A stretch of DNA of 61,399 bases, filler included, from Globobulimina sp. (lineage: Eukaryota): NCBI GenBank assembly GCA_003354225.1. It is 23 parts of 23 records of this genome, joined end to end, with 100 filler letters (N's around TTAATTAATTAA, not from the genome) between each part and the next. Parts side by side here need not be neighbours in the genome. Positions count along the whole stretch, not along the records: positions 45,467 to 48,039 come from PIVH01005916.1; positions 48,140 to 50,711 come from PIVH01005917.1; positions 50,812 to 53,383 come from PIVH01005918.1; positions 53,484 to 56,055 come from PIVH01005919.1; positions 56,156 to 58,727 come from PIVH01005920.1; positions 58,828 to 61,399 come from PIVH01005921.1; 17 more parts are not named here. One strand, written 5' to 3'. A program made the translations under genes and the position numbers. Within the stretch, counting starts at the first letter, position 1. Each line of letters starts with the position of its first letter. Below the pieces are notes generated by a model, which was given only the letters and a program-made list of their open reading frames with translations, did no database searches and was not told the origin of the DNA. This document shows, one piece after another, positions 46,650 to 58,982 of this stretch.

Positions 46650-48039
46650 TCAAATATTGAAAAAATCAGAAACAACGTCATTAATTAATATGTTATTTGG
46701 ATCATATTTGTTTCTAATTTTAAAGTATTCATTTAATTTCTCACCAAATCTATTTTTGATTCTTTCTTGTAATTTTAATCTGTCATTCTTATTTAAATAA
46801 TATGTTTCAACTTTTGCCCAATGTCCCACTGCTCCGTATTTATCCGATAATTCATCCAAAATCCGGGAATATCTTTGAAACTCATTTGATATCCATCTCC
46901 TTTTCTGTTCATCACTCGTTGGAATATAAAAAATTATACCAAACCAACAAAATGCGTCATTGTCATCACCATCATGCTTACTGACATATGCTGGCGATAA
47001 GTATGAAGATGATGGTGCCGTAAATCTCTGTTCTAATGGCGATGGGGCTGCGATATCATTCTCCTCTATTTCTGACAATAAATCCTTTGCAAACTGTATA
47101 TCCATCGGTATTTCATCCGATTTATAACATTTTTTGATTGGGAAACATATCTCGTAAACCCACTGTTGACCACCACACTGAAAACTTAATACATTTTCAC
47201 TAAAATCAATTTGCTGTGCTTCCTTATTCTCACTCAAATTATTCCAATATTTAAACTCTGATTCATTTATCTCTTTGATCCAATTCGTATCCAATATATA
47301 TTTACTATCCTCATACCCCAATAACAAATCTCTCAAATCCGCAAAAGATAAATGCTCATTCAATCCTGATACCTTTTCACCAGTTTTTGAGCACAATAAC
47401 TCTCTCATTGGTTGTTGACATTTTATTTCTAACTCACTATCATTCGCTGTATGCGAGGCATGATACATTGCCTCGAAATGCGCATCATCGATGGGATTGG
47501 ATGCAATCACCACAGCTTTGTTATTCATATACGGCACCCACAAAAACTTGACATGTTTATACCTGTTCAGTAACTCATTCCTCCTCAACATCAATTCATC
47601 CACATCCATAATCCACAAATATTCCGAGAGCTTATGTCTGTCCACACATTGCAGTGTAACCTGCGTCACAATGCCAAGGGTTCCCAATCCGACCCTCGCC
47701 CAATAAAACAAGTCATCATCTTGCGTCAATTCTATTTTTCCGCCACTCGGTGTGATTACAGTCATAGCAATAATTTGCATATCACATGGACCAATATCAA
47801 TGCCTGTGCCATGCGATGAGACCTGTGTCAATCCACCAATTTGCTGCTCCTGTATAGATGGGATGTTTTCTAATGTCATATTATACGGAGCCGGAGTTAT
47901 TGCGGACAGTATAGCTTTGATCGTAGTGCCTGCTTCCACAGTAATCTGTTTTTTATCCGCATCGATGTTTAATATCTTATTACAATGACCCATGTCCATA
48001 ATGGCTGTATTTGAGTGAGAGATGCCATTTGGTGATATA
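46650..48039 (-). CDS. GLDH: L-galactono-1,4-lactone dehydrogenase-type aldonolactone oxidoreductase, 5' partial
   Basis: ISPNG (no covalent-FAD His), SIQEQQIGG..QV..HGTG, GLGTLG, FQCGGQQWV.E.CFP, AP.PLEQR, W.GII.Y.P, HWAKVE, DPNNIL. Confidence 0.9.
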
Positions 48040-48710
48040 NNNNNNNNNNNNNNNNNNNNNNNNNNNNNNNNNNNNNNNNNNNNTTAATTAATTAANNNNN
48101 NNNNNNNNNNNNNNNNNNNNNNNNNNNNNNNNNNNNNNNAGTATTTTTAGGAGGACTGCCAAAATTAATAGATATAGTTTCAAATGAAGAACAAGTCGAA
48201 GTCGAAGCAAATATAAATGTAAATGTAAATGTGACAGTGGAGACACAGGATAATAATATGAGTGATATGACTCCTCCGTTTGCATCCACATTGAATGAAC
48301 CTGCATATTTTAAGAAATATTCATCTTTTAAGAAATATCCATCTTTACCGCCTGAATCGGTTCAAAATAGTCGAACCGCTCTAATTAAATGATATTAATA
48401 TCGTAAATTATTATATTAATTTTGTGTATTCATTTATTGTTTTTTGTCCCTTTCTGCCTCTACGGTGGTGTTTGTGGTATTGTCCGCGTTCTAAATATAT
48501 AGAAAATTGTCTAAATGGCTATTGCCAACTGTAATGTGGTCGGACAATACCAGATGAACCACTGTAAATATATTGTTATTATTGTATGCTTTTAATATGT
48601 ATTTTATTAATCTCCAATAAAATAAAAACGAAAATACTGGTCATAATTATGAAAAGTTGCATTTTAAAACTTTTTTCATAACTTAGTGAAAATCCTGTTT
48701 GAATAATAGG

Positions 48711-49328
48711 ATGTTACTCGTTCGATTTTTATGCATCATGACGATATTAACTGCGGCAACAGATTCTAATCAGAACACTGCAAATAAAATACATAGAGAT
48801 TCTTTACTTTTTTCTGAAACAAACCAAACCAATTTGGAATTTCGGTCCTTGCATTATTTCTTAATTTATGGCATATTCGAACCACGAACAATGCATCATT
48901 CAATGATCATTGCTAAGTTTGAACATACAGTCAGTGGGGACTGGGCGATACTTGTTCGGGATAAATCACATTCAGCTGAAATCCGTAAGTTCCATATTGC
49001 GGCGAATATGGATTATTATGAATCCAAGGATGAGATAGACATTGCAAATCGATACAGCACGATTGCTGTGTTCAATCGTTTACAATTCGCAGGGGTTTCA
49101 CGCAAAACTACTTTCAAACAGTTCCGTGAATTGGTTGACAAAAAAATTGAGCAATATGAAAAAACAGAAGGAGCAGTCGGATATCAATACCAATATAATG
49201 ATTGTCATGATTTTGCATTGCGTCTATGGCATCTGATGACGCAACAAGATATCAGACAATATTTCTACCAAAGACTCAACTCTCTCGACGCAATGTACGA
49301 GAATACACGGCAGTGGCCAACAAAATGA
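48711..49328 (+). CDS. Secreted protein with a PPPDE/LRAT-like permuted papain motif
   Basis: Signal peptide, early HHSMII and late YQYQYNDCHDFA..L, resembling the YxLxxxNCxHFA nucleophile motif. Confidence 0.55.
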   Translation: MLLVRFLCIMTILTAATDSNQNTANKIHRDSLLFSETNQTNLEFRSLHYFLIYGIFEPRTMHHSMIIAKFEHTVSGDWAILVRDKSHSAEIRKFHIAANMDYYESKDEIDIANRYSTIAVFNRLQFAGVSRKTTFKQFRELVDKKIEQYEKTEGAVGYQYQYNDCHDFALRLWHLMTQQDIRQYFYQRLNSLDAMYENTRQWPTK

Positions 49329-49450
49329 AATTGTGCTGTAATTTTAATGTATTGTGATTTTCAACAAAAAACTTTCGATTCATCTCTTTTGTTTCTCTCG
49401 TTTTTGCATTCGTTTGCATTCTAGCCATTGCTTTTATAATTGTAGTAATA

Positions 49451-50680
49451 ATGAATCCAACTGAGTCATTATTCTCATGTCATTCTGAGTTATCCAACCT
49501 AGCAAACCAACTACAAAACCATCGCAATTTGCTAATAAACGATCCGTACATTAGACACGCCGTTGAATCATCCAACATAAAACCTTCAAATTCCTTTTAT
49601 TTCCCATACTGTTCAATGGTTGAAAAATACATTCATTTTGCGGATGAATACCACGACAAATTGAATGAATTCAAAGGATTGTTATTAGATTCTGTTCAAA
49701 TCTGTGGTACAAACAATACAACTCATACAAAGGCAAATACTTCAAATTGCAATGCCAAACTCAGTCAACTCACACAATTGTCAGATATTTGTAACAATAA
49801 TCACAGTGACGACTGTACGCCCACTCCGTCCATCATCTACGATGACACATATTTGCCCATTATTGATGAAGACAAAGAGACGGTTTATTCGTATAATTCA
49901 TATAATTTGTCCACCATTGCACCATCGACTTGTGATGCTCTCTCAAGCACTCACACTGACGCTGACAATGTATTATATCTTGGTGATGGCAATGATAATG
50001 ATCAGGACTCTGACACTGACACTGATGATGAGTCTCAATACGTTTATTCTGATGAATCAGATGAGGACGACACTCCGTTATTCATCAAGCCAATTTATTG
50101 TAGCACGCTGATATATATTTCAATGGGTGGACAGCAACAAAGTTATAAGCAAATCCTGAAATTATGTGTGGATATCGGTGCTATTTCTAAAGAGTATATA
50201 AAAAATATTGTTTTCAAACAAAATTATAACGGTTTTTATTATGCATTGGTTACAATTAAAGAGTCCGTGAATGAGATGAATAGAATGATGCATGATATTG
50301 AGGCGTATTCGAGTGACAATAATCTGAAAATTGTGATAAATATATTTAAGCCGCAGACATCGTTTGATTATGATTATGGTTCAGATTATTATTTGAATAT
50401 GAAACAGAGCAATAAATTATGCGTGGCACATTTTGATATTTTAGATGGGAATATTTATTACGATTTAATCAAATTATTTGGAGACTTTGGTGAAATTAAA
50501 AGCATCGAAATATTTGAAAATGATAACAATGAAAATGATCCGTATGCTTTAGTTGAATTTAAGAGCATAAGGGATGCTGTTAAATGTTTTGATGCGCATA
50601 ACATAAATATGAATATGTCTGGATACTGTAAGTCATTGTATTTGGCTCATCGCCTATTACAAATTAAATATGCTCATTAA
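49451..50680 (+). CDS. RRM-domain RNA-binding protein
   Basis: C-terminal RRM (KLCVAHF, LFGDFGEIKSI, YALVEF, LQIKYA), a probable preceding degenerate RRM (YYALVTI) and an acidic linker. Confidence 0.8.
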   Translation: MNPTESLFSCHSELSNLANQLQNHRNLLINDPYIRHAVESSNIKPSNSFYFPYCSMVEKYIHFADEYHDKLNEFKGLLLDSVQICGTNNTTHTKANTSNCNAKLSQLTQLSDICNNNHSDDCTPTPSIIYDDTYLPIIDEDKETVYSYNSYNLSTIAPSTCDALSSTHTDADNVLYLGDGNDNDQDSDTDTDDESQYVYSDESDEDDTPLFIKPIYCSTLIYISMGGQQQSYKQILKLCVDIGAISKEYIKNIVFKQNYNGFYYALVTIKESVNEMNRMMHDIEAYSSDNNLKIVINIFKPQTSFDYDYGSDYYLNMKQSNKLCVAHFDILDGNIYYDLIKLFGDFGEIKSIEIFENDNNENDPYALVEFKSIRDAVKCFDAHNINMNMSGYCKSLYLAHRLLQIKYAH

Positions 50681-50811
50681 ATTAAATTTATACAACTTTT
50701 TTTTATTATTANNNNNNNNNNNNNNNNNNNNNNNNNNNNNNNNNNNNNNNNNNNNTTAATTAATTAANNNNNNNNNNNNNNNNNNNNNNNNNNNNNNNNN
50801 NNNNNNNNNNN

Positions 50812-52053
50812 TTTACCCATTGTTTTCACCATAAATGAATTATTTATATCTTTTAAGTGTTCCTCTTCTTTTTGATATTGTAATTTTAATTCGTTTTTAT
50901 TTATGTTTGAAGTATTATGACCAAATAAATTTTTCCTCATTTTTTCTTCTTTTCCTGTTTCCATAAATTTAGTTAATTTATTTTGAATCTGCACTGTTTG
51001 ACCAACCATACTTGATCTTCTTCGTCGAACATTCGTTGGATCATTATTGCTGTTGCTGTTGTTGGTAAATGCACTCTGTTCAAAGTAACGGTTTTTTTTA
51101 GTTGAGTTGTTTTTGACATTTTTAATTGGTTCGGCAATGACAGGTAAAGTGTTTTTATTTGGTGGTGATTTACAGCTCATAACCAATGAATGCCTTCTTT
51201 GCCTGGCATTGCTTGTACTTTTCGCAGTGCCTGGTTTCGAATTTTCTTTAACTGAGTCGAGATGTCGTATGGTATTATTTTCGTTTTCTTTATCATCATT
51301 TTCATTATTGATTGATTGTAATACTTTTGATATGATATCATTATGCTCTCCAGGTAATATTGAAACACTTCGTAATTGAGATGCAGGCAATTGCAACAAC
51401 GGAGCAATCTGATTTTCAATCTCCTTTTGTTGTGAAAAATTGGTTGATTTTTTTCTATGGTACACTCTTTGTGGTGATTTGCAGGTAAATTTACGTTGGC
51501 GTAATTTTGCTTTTTTGGTTGGCAGCGTTTTTGTTCCAATCATTCGTGAATTTTGGTTGTCTGCATTTATAATATTACTTAACGGAGTTCTTGGAACAGA
51601 ACTTTCTGTTTTAGAAACAATTGTTGTTGTTTGATTTTCTATTTTTTGTAGAATAACATTTTGTCCTTTTTGATTGTGTCTCCATTCACTACAAATACCG
51701 CCTAATAATATTTTAAATGCGTCCGGCTCTTGATTTTGTAATGAAACAATTGTGTTTTCTGGCGTTTTAATTAATAATATATATTTTGCAACTTTAGCGC
51801 GATCTTCCCAATGAACCCGAGCTAAAATATTATTTCCAGATAAACGCGACCAAATCCAATCTGATAATTCACGGCATTGTCTGAATGATCGTTGCGAAGG
51901 TTCAACAGATGCAATTTTAATGCATCGGACATAATCATATAATCTATGCCATAATGCTTTTCTTCTTTTGCTGGCATGCAATGCTTTCCTTACAACCCGT
52001 TGAAATCTTCGTATTGTCGGATTTGCTCGGAGTGGACCAGAAATATAAGACAT
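50812..52053 (-). CDS. Hypothetical protein, basic N-terminal domain and disordered tail, 3' partial
   Basis: 413+ aa ORF with RRHS and RRRRSS phosphosite-like motifs. Confidence 0.65.
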
Positions 52054-52198
52054 TTGTGCTTAGTTTATATTATGAATCCATCACACAAATATTATGAGTA
52101 CAACTAAATGTATATACGATTGCACTGCCAATATTTTGGATATATACTCAAACGCATTTAGTTTATATTGAAATTTTTATCTGCACTGAATTATAATT

Positions 52199-53383
52199 CT
52201 AGAAATAAAGGAAAGTTGGAAAATACGACAGTATAATGCCTGTCAAATGAAGTGGATATTTATCAATGAGTCCAAATGTTTGAACCTCCTGTTTCACGAA
52301 TCCAAATACCAATTTCCTATCATATGCATGTCCATTCATTTTATATTTATTAACCAAATCATTGGGTATCATATCCCTTAAATCCAATTTTAAATGAAAG
52401 TCATTTGACATAAAATGAATATAATTATCCATTGTATTGATATGTAGACACTTCTCAAAACCCGGCAGTATGTGACTACTTTCAAACCATTCATTAATAT
52501 TTAAATCATAAATCCAAATTCCATTCGACCCAATCAAACACAACAAATGTTCATAAATGACAGTTGATCGAAACGCACAAACTTGCGAATGTGATGGAGT
52601 TACAATTGATGCCCATTCATGTGTTTGTAAATCATAAATATTGACAGCGAAATTAGGCATCATCGAATTTGTTGTCGTTATTATTTTATTTTGTATCAAT
52701 TCAATGCATTCAAACTGTTTTTCTTCGAATGTTTCCAAACAAATTCCCATTGTATTTGCATTGTTATCTTTAAAGATATCTTCATATTTCATGCATAAAT
52801 GGCGCATATTTGGGTAATCTAAAACAATTAAATGCAATATGCCATTTGCATAAAATGCATCTATTGATGAATAAGGCTGATACTCCATTTCAATGAATAT
52901 ATTTGATTGTCTCCATTTCAATGTACATAAATCCAACACATAAAATTCAAAATGATCAGCAACTCTATGTATTAAACATAAATCTTTATTATCAATGATG
53001 ATATATCCATGATATTTCGATAAATAAGTTGGTGGTTTTCCAATTTTCATGTATGTATATGTATCACTGCTGATATTATACTGCCAAATATCAAAGTTGA
53101 GGTATGCCAGTATGATGATGTATTTGTTACCATCCTGGTGGTACAAAATAGCATTATCTGCATGGTAGCACAAAGGATACGATAATATCTTGCAAGGCAC
53201 AGTATGTGTATTTAATGGAGCTAATCTTTTGCAATTGTCCTTTTCAATCCATTCATCAAATCGCTGTGTCCATCCGTAAAAGTGAATCTTTATTTCTGTA
53301 TCATCAATATCACATATTTTACCAATACACCACGACTTGATGGTTGGAGTATCATCAAATACATCCAATGAGTCGTTTATTTG
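52199..53383 (-). CDS. Tudor-knot/MBT-like domain plus kelch-like beta-propeller protein, 5' partial
   Basis: DVFD..W..I.....IKIHFYGW..RFDEWI aromatic-cage motif, repeated Y[DN]L....W blades and a C-terminal LVFGFVK..YPLHL..IILSY motif. Confidence 0.75.
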   Translation of the reverse strand, partial: QINDSLDVFDDTPTIKSWCIGKICDIDDTEIKIHFYGWTQRFDEWIEKDNCKRLAPLNTHTVPCKILSYPLCYHADNAILYHQDGNKYIIILAYLNFDIWQYNISSDTYTYMKIGKPPTYLSKYHGYIIIDNKDLCLIHRVADHFEFYVLDLCTLKWRQSNIFIEMEYQPYSSIDAFYANGILHLIVLDYPNMRHLCMKYEDIFKDNNANTMGICLETFEEKQFECIELIQNKIITTTNSMMPNFAVNIYDLQTHEWASIVTPSHSQVCAFRSTVIYEHLLCLIGSNGIWIYDLNINEWFESSHILPGFEKCLHINTMDNYIHFMSNDFHLKLDLRDMIPNDLVNKYKMNGHAYDRKLVFGFVKQEVQTFGLIDKYPLHLTGIILSYFPTFLYF

Positions 53384-53483
53384 NNNNNNNNNNNNNNNNN
53401 NNNNNNNNNNNNNNNNNNNNNNNNNNNTTAATTAATTAANNNNNNNNNNNNNNNNNNNNNNNNNNNNNNNNNNNNNNNNNNNN

Positions 53484-53878
53484 TAAACAATAACTTGTAA
53501 TAAATGTATATATTCATCACGCGCATCAAAGGTTTCATTTGTTGGGGCTGTCATACTATGTTTTATCTTACCATCATCATTATTATTATCATTAGTGTTG
53601 GAACTCTGTTTCACTGTATTTTTTGTTTGGTTTTGTGAGCATTTTACATTTTCAACATAGAATTTATTCTTATTCTTTTTCTTATAGTTTGTGTCCTGTT
53701 TCTCCTGAAATTTATGATATTTTACATAATCTTTATCTGATAAAGTGTGCGATTTTGCTTTTGTTTTATCAATTTTGTCATTTCCATCATAACATTTAAT
53801 TGTTGGATCATAAAAGACTTGATCTGTTTGCTTAGCTGATCTGCGCCTGTAAGGGTGTCTGGTGCGCCCTCGTGGCAT
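53484..53878 (-). CDS. Hypothetical protein, 3' partial
   Basis: MPRGRTRHPYRRR start, frame open to the contig edge. Confidence 0.5.
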
Positions 53879-54019
53879 TATTATGTTAATGTTATTGTTA
53901 TTGCTGTTGCGAGCGTTTAGGGAAAGGAAGGTGTATTAAAGAGGAGAGTTTTTTAATTTTCTAGTGTTTTTTGGCTTTGGATGATGCCGAATTGATCCAA
54001 TCGATTACTATATAACACC

Positions 54020-56055
54020 ATGCTACCACTAATCACAACCTTACTGCTTTTATTAGCAATATGCGAATCTCAAGCACCACGGACGGACATCACAGATTGT
54101 GGCGAGATACAAATTCGTAATGCCAACTTGCACCCAGCTCTAAACGGGTATTATCAACGATCGCCAGAGTCGTACAATGATATGCCAGTATTTGAAGGCA
54201 AAACCAATAATGACAAAATCCGTTATATTTGGTGGAACAAATACAATGAGTTTACTCGTTGGAGCATTGGCACCGAGAAGTTCTCCTCTTCGATTGAAGG
54301 TTTTATGGATAACCAATTGAATGAAGGCTTGTTGTTAGGGAATGGGAGGTCGTGGCACGTGGTCAGTCGCCAGGAATGGACCATCGACAACGATCTAAAT
54401 ATTATATGTTCGCGGCAAATAAGCGCGCCAAACACACAAAATGTGGATGCTAAGCTGCCACCACAGAGAGGCGGCAGACCTCCACCCGGAAGATCACAGC
54501 CACCGCAACAACCAAATCTCGCTCAAAAGGTACGTATCCAACATCCATTGCATTCTCTGTATGATGTGTTTATTATACGTCATTGCAATATGTATATGTC
54601 CTAAATAAAATCCGTGTATTCAGAGCGTGATCAAAGTGACAGGAGCCAGACACACTGAATTGAACAACATTTATTATCCAACGAATCAACAATATGACAA
54701 TAACGCTGTGTACAAAACAGACGGAGTGCGCGGTAAACCCATCTATGTATTCCATTACAGCTACGATAATATGCAAAGGTGGTATATTGGGAGCACGCTC
54801 GGCTCTGACTACGATGTGCTTGCTTTCATGGACGACCTCAGTCGCGACTTAGCAAAGGATGCCAGCACTCAAATATGGTCTGAACATTCCACGGGGCCCT
54901 CGCCGTGGAACGACAATCCAAACTTGAAGCTCGTGTTTGAAGCGAATGCTTTTCAAAACAACAACGACCAGAAGCCACCTCCGATCAACAGAGATGAGCC
55001 ACCACAGCAAAATTACCAACAACAGCAGCAACAGCAAAGTAGTCAGCAGCAAAGAACCCCGCAACAGCAAAATAATAATAATCAGCAGCAACAGCAGCGG
55101 CAAGAAAACAAGCAGCCGCCCAAACGTACCACCACTGCACAGACAGAGCGGGAAGAACGCAGGAAACAGATGTTTCGCAGAGTGAATAAGTTAGATTTGG
55201 ACGTGGAATCCAGCGGGAAATTCGAGAGCGGCGTAGATGTGTCGCAAGAGCCGGATATCATCATCGCCGGGTCCGACGATAACGACGTTAACAGCGTCTA
55301 CTTGATACAGCCGGTGAAATATAACGAGAAGCCAGTGTACAAATCGCAGTCCGGCTCGTATTTGTATTTCGTGCGCTATGTCGGCAATGACGCGGCGCGA
55401 TGGCAGGTGGGTCAGCCCAATGGCGGAGTGAAAAACGACCAGCCCATTGCCTTTGTGAACGCAGACATAGAGTATCCGTATGACATCGCCACCTGGCAAG
55501 CCTGGCTGGTCTTCGATAAGGTGGAGAGAGACTGGGTGCGCCAATCCAAAGTGAATACGTATCGCGGCGACTGCGTGGTCAACGTAGAAGGTGCCCTCAA
55601 CCAAGAGATCAACGGCGAGTATGGCATCATACCCAATACGTTTCAGAGCCGTCCGGTGTTTGAACGCATGAACGAGCAAAATCAGCGCGTCACTATTTTT
55701 TTTAACGACGGCGAGACCCAATTCAGTAAATGGTTTATATCGATACCGAATGCCGTGCGGTATTTGGATAATAGGGACACCATCGCATTCATCCCCTCTT
55801 CTGCGTTAACTGTGGACGGTGTCACTGATTTTGAATCCTGGCAAGAGCAGAACACAGCGCGGGAGAAGCGATTGGTTGAAAATCGCAATTTGAAAGTGAC
55901 GGGAACATGCAGCAAAGTGAAGGAACACGATTGGAAAAGAAGGCGGCGCCGACGGGCCGAGGAGAGAAAGCGAAAGAAAGTGATAGATGCGCAAAAGGAA
56001 CAACATTGTCCCTCCGACATCACCGTGTCCAACGACCCAGGTATGTCAAAGTATT
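54020..56055 (+). CDS. Secreted protein with four copies of an about 100-aa beta-rich domain and P/Q-rich linkers, 3' partial
   Basis: Signal peptide. A 94-nt intron at 54530-54623 joins the two ORFs in frame. Repeat consensus V.GA...[LI]NG.Y......PV[FY]...[YI]...RW.IG...AF...W. Confidence 0.85.
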
Positions 56056-56444
56056 NNNNNNNNNNNNNNNNNNNNNNNNNNNNNNNNNNNNNNNNNNNNT
56101 TAATTAATTAANNNNNNNNNNNNNNNNNNNNNNNNNNNNNNNNNNNNNNNNNNNNAGTGCCATGACGAAAGCAAAATGTTATGTTTCTAAATGACAAAAG
56201 TTTTTTTTTCTTCAATTATCAAAGCGTTCATTGAAGAAATGAACTAAAAGCAAAAACCCTATTCTCAACAGGTTTTTTGCTGGATTTCTGAAGCAACTTT
56301 AATTATCGACTTCGAAAAAATATCTAAATTACTTGAAAAAAGATAACGTATATACTGACAATAAATCAAAAAAAAAAAATTAAAATCAAAAAAATTATTA
56401 TTGAAAAATGATAAAAATAAACTAAAAAAAAGTTAATAACACAC

Positions 56445-58727
56445 TCACACTCTAAATAAAGCACTTGTTTTCTTTGCTTTATTTTTCCAAACACACCAAA
56501 ATAAACAGCCAAATACAAGTAAATGTACAATTATGATAGCCATTACATTCCACAACACAGATTCATCAAAAGTAATAATAACATCACGCTCAATCGATCC
56601 ATTCTCATTCTCATTCTCATTAATCAACTCATAGTTTTCCCGCAGCGAAAGAAAGTCTTCTGACGACCAATCGGAATCACTCGACCAATCACTCGAGCTT
56701 TCATCACTTGGTTGTTGAGTTGTTGATGATTTAAAAACTAAGTCAAGCAAATTCACATCAAATGCTGCAGCAACACCATCAATATTAGATAACATATACA
56801 AGACTGACACAAATAGAGCGTCAACCTGTGCTGGAACAGCATCAACATCCCCATTGGCAGCAGCACAGGCATCGTAATTACAATATACTTGCAATCTATC
56901 ACACAAATCAACCCCTATCGCATCACACAAGTCAGAATATTCATTTCTTGCAGTCGCACATTCATCAATTGCTGCAATGGCTACTTCAGTGCCACTTGGA
57001 CATAAATCAACATAGACAAAGCCAGCCGGAGCACCCACCAATTCCTCTAACCGTCGCCTCGTTGGCACAGACGTTATTGGACGCACACAGTGAGACTTTG
57101 ACCATGAAATACCATTGGCACTGTACGCAGTGTCATGCACTCCCTCCCAGCCCCAGTCCACATTAATATAGCTACCATCGCAGGCTTGCAGCGATATCAT
57201 TGTACCTTCGATTTGTGGTTGAATAAAATCGCCCAACAATCCGGCAATGTGGCATTGAAAACACGTGGGTGGGAAAACAAACACCATCCAAATGTTCACT
57301 TCCAATGAAATGCTGCACTCTCCACCGACTGTTAAAGTGAAACCTAAGTAACTATCACTGCCCGCCTCTACTATCTCTGTGATATGAGCAACAAATAACT
57401 GTCCAATTGGTTGTGGCGCACCAACGATAAACGTAGATAGTCCGTCATGATCCGCATACAATGTGGAAGCAGCCAACGAGACCGGATATGCCGTATATTG
57501 CATGAAGTTAATCGACAGAAATATTAAATAATAATCGCCGTTGGCATCAAATAGCTGCAATGTAATATAATCAAAGGCACGCACACTGCCGGGAGGACCC
57601 TCTCCTTCTCCTTCTACAAAAACCCTATGCTTTCCCAACATATTAAAGGGTAAATCCGTTTTGGTGCTGAATGCGTCGGACGTGATATAATAATATTGGT
57701 TATCAAAGGAGCCCACTCCTTGGAAATCATGGTAGTCACCGCTCCATGTTTTAAAATGAGGGTCGCCATTCACAAACGCTGGATGGCCAACAAAAAAATA
57801 ATTTCCACCCAATTCGCATGTGGAGCTATACACAGCATCGCCAACTGTGCTACATTGAGGCGATACTATTCTGCCTAAGCCATCATCGCAGTCATCAACT
57901 TGTGAGAGTCCATTGATGTTAAATGACGAATCCAGACCACCTCCGCATAAATCAGAGTATATTCCGTCTTCGTCACATAAAATATCTCGATCTGCATCAC
58001 AGGCACTGCACGAAATAGCTGCCGTTGTATAAGCTTGTTCGCCTTGAATGTTACCAGCTGGATAATATAGACAAATTAATAAATTATCACTGCTACACTC
58101 ATCATATCCACATCCAACATAACGAGTGCTGTCCCACGCCATTTGTGCAAACTCTGTAGAATCCACTGCGTCGTATGCTAACCGTCTACGTCTACGTCTT
58201 CGTCTACCGGCTGGTGGGGGTCCACTGGGTCCAGTGGGTTCAGGGGGATATGTTGTTGTGTCTGGCTGAGTGGGTTCAGGCTGAGTGGGTAGCTGTGGTC
58301 CAGTGGGTTCAGGGGGATATGTTGTGGTTTGTAACGTTGGTTCTTCGCCGTATGCCCACAACTGTACAATTTGTATGGCAGTCAAAGTTTCGCGACCCAC
58401 GCTTTTGCCAAGGGCTACAGCAGTATTTGGTATGGCAAATGAAACAAATTCTAAATATGGGTCTAAATGTGATGTGGTATAATCAATATCTGGCGTAAAA
58501 CACGTAGCTGAGGATGCAAGTTGAGACAGTCCATCATCCTTAAAATTAGTATTTGTATTATAGTTATACAGTTATACAGTATTTGTATATATAAAAAGTT
58601 ATATAACGTTAACGTAGTACCCAAAATAATTGATTTAAATTCGCAGGTTCCATGGCGGCAATATCATTTCTTAAACTATTATGCAAATCTAAAATATCTC
58701 GCTTTTCACCTAAATCCAGCGCGTATG
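56445..58727 (-). CDS. CAP/SCP plus VWD domain single-pass surface protein, 5' partial
   Basis: ILDLHNSLRN..ANLNQLFW|DDGL (82-nt intron at 58539-58620), FAQMAWDSTRYVGCG..LICLYYPAGN, VWD motifs GDPHFKTWSG..DFQG and GLLGDF, C-terminal TM. Confidence 0.88.
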
Positions 58728-58982
58728 NNNNNNNNNNNNNNNNNNNNNNNNNNNNNNNNNNNNNNNNNNNNTTAATTAATTAANNNNNNNNNNNNNNNNN
58801 NNNNNNNNNNNNNNNNNNNNNNNNNNNTTTAAATTTTGTTTCTTCCACATTTCAATTTCCGCATTCAACTCTTTGCACTGCACAATATCACTGCACAATA
58901 TCATAATCATAAAAAGCAAAGAAGTTTGATTCTAATTAAATGTTGCTCTGACAAACAATGCAGTCGTGCATGTGAACTAACA

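Noticed and set aside
2577-58827. Regularly spaced TTAATTAATTAA palindromes and any gene-neighbourhood system spanning them (for example RT + recombinase + helicase)
   Set aside because: These are artificial linkers between size-sorted contigs. Cross-contig adjacency is not biological, and ORFs ending in X..LIN are artefacts.
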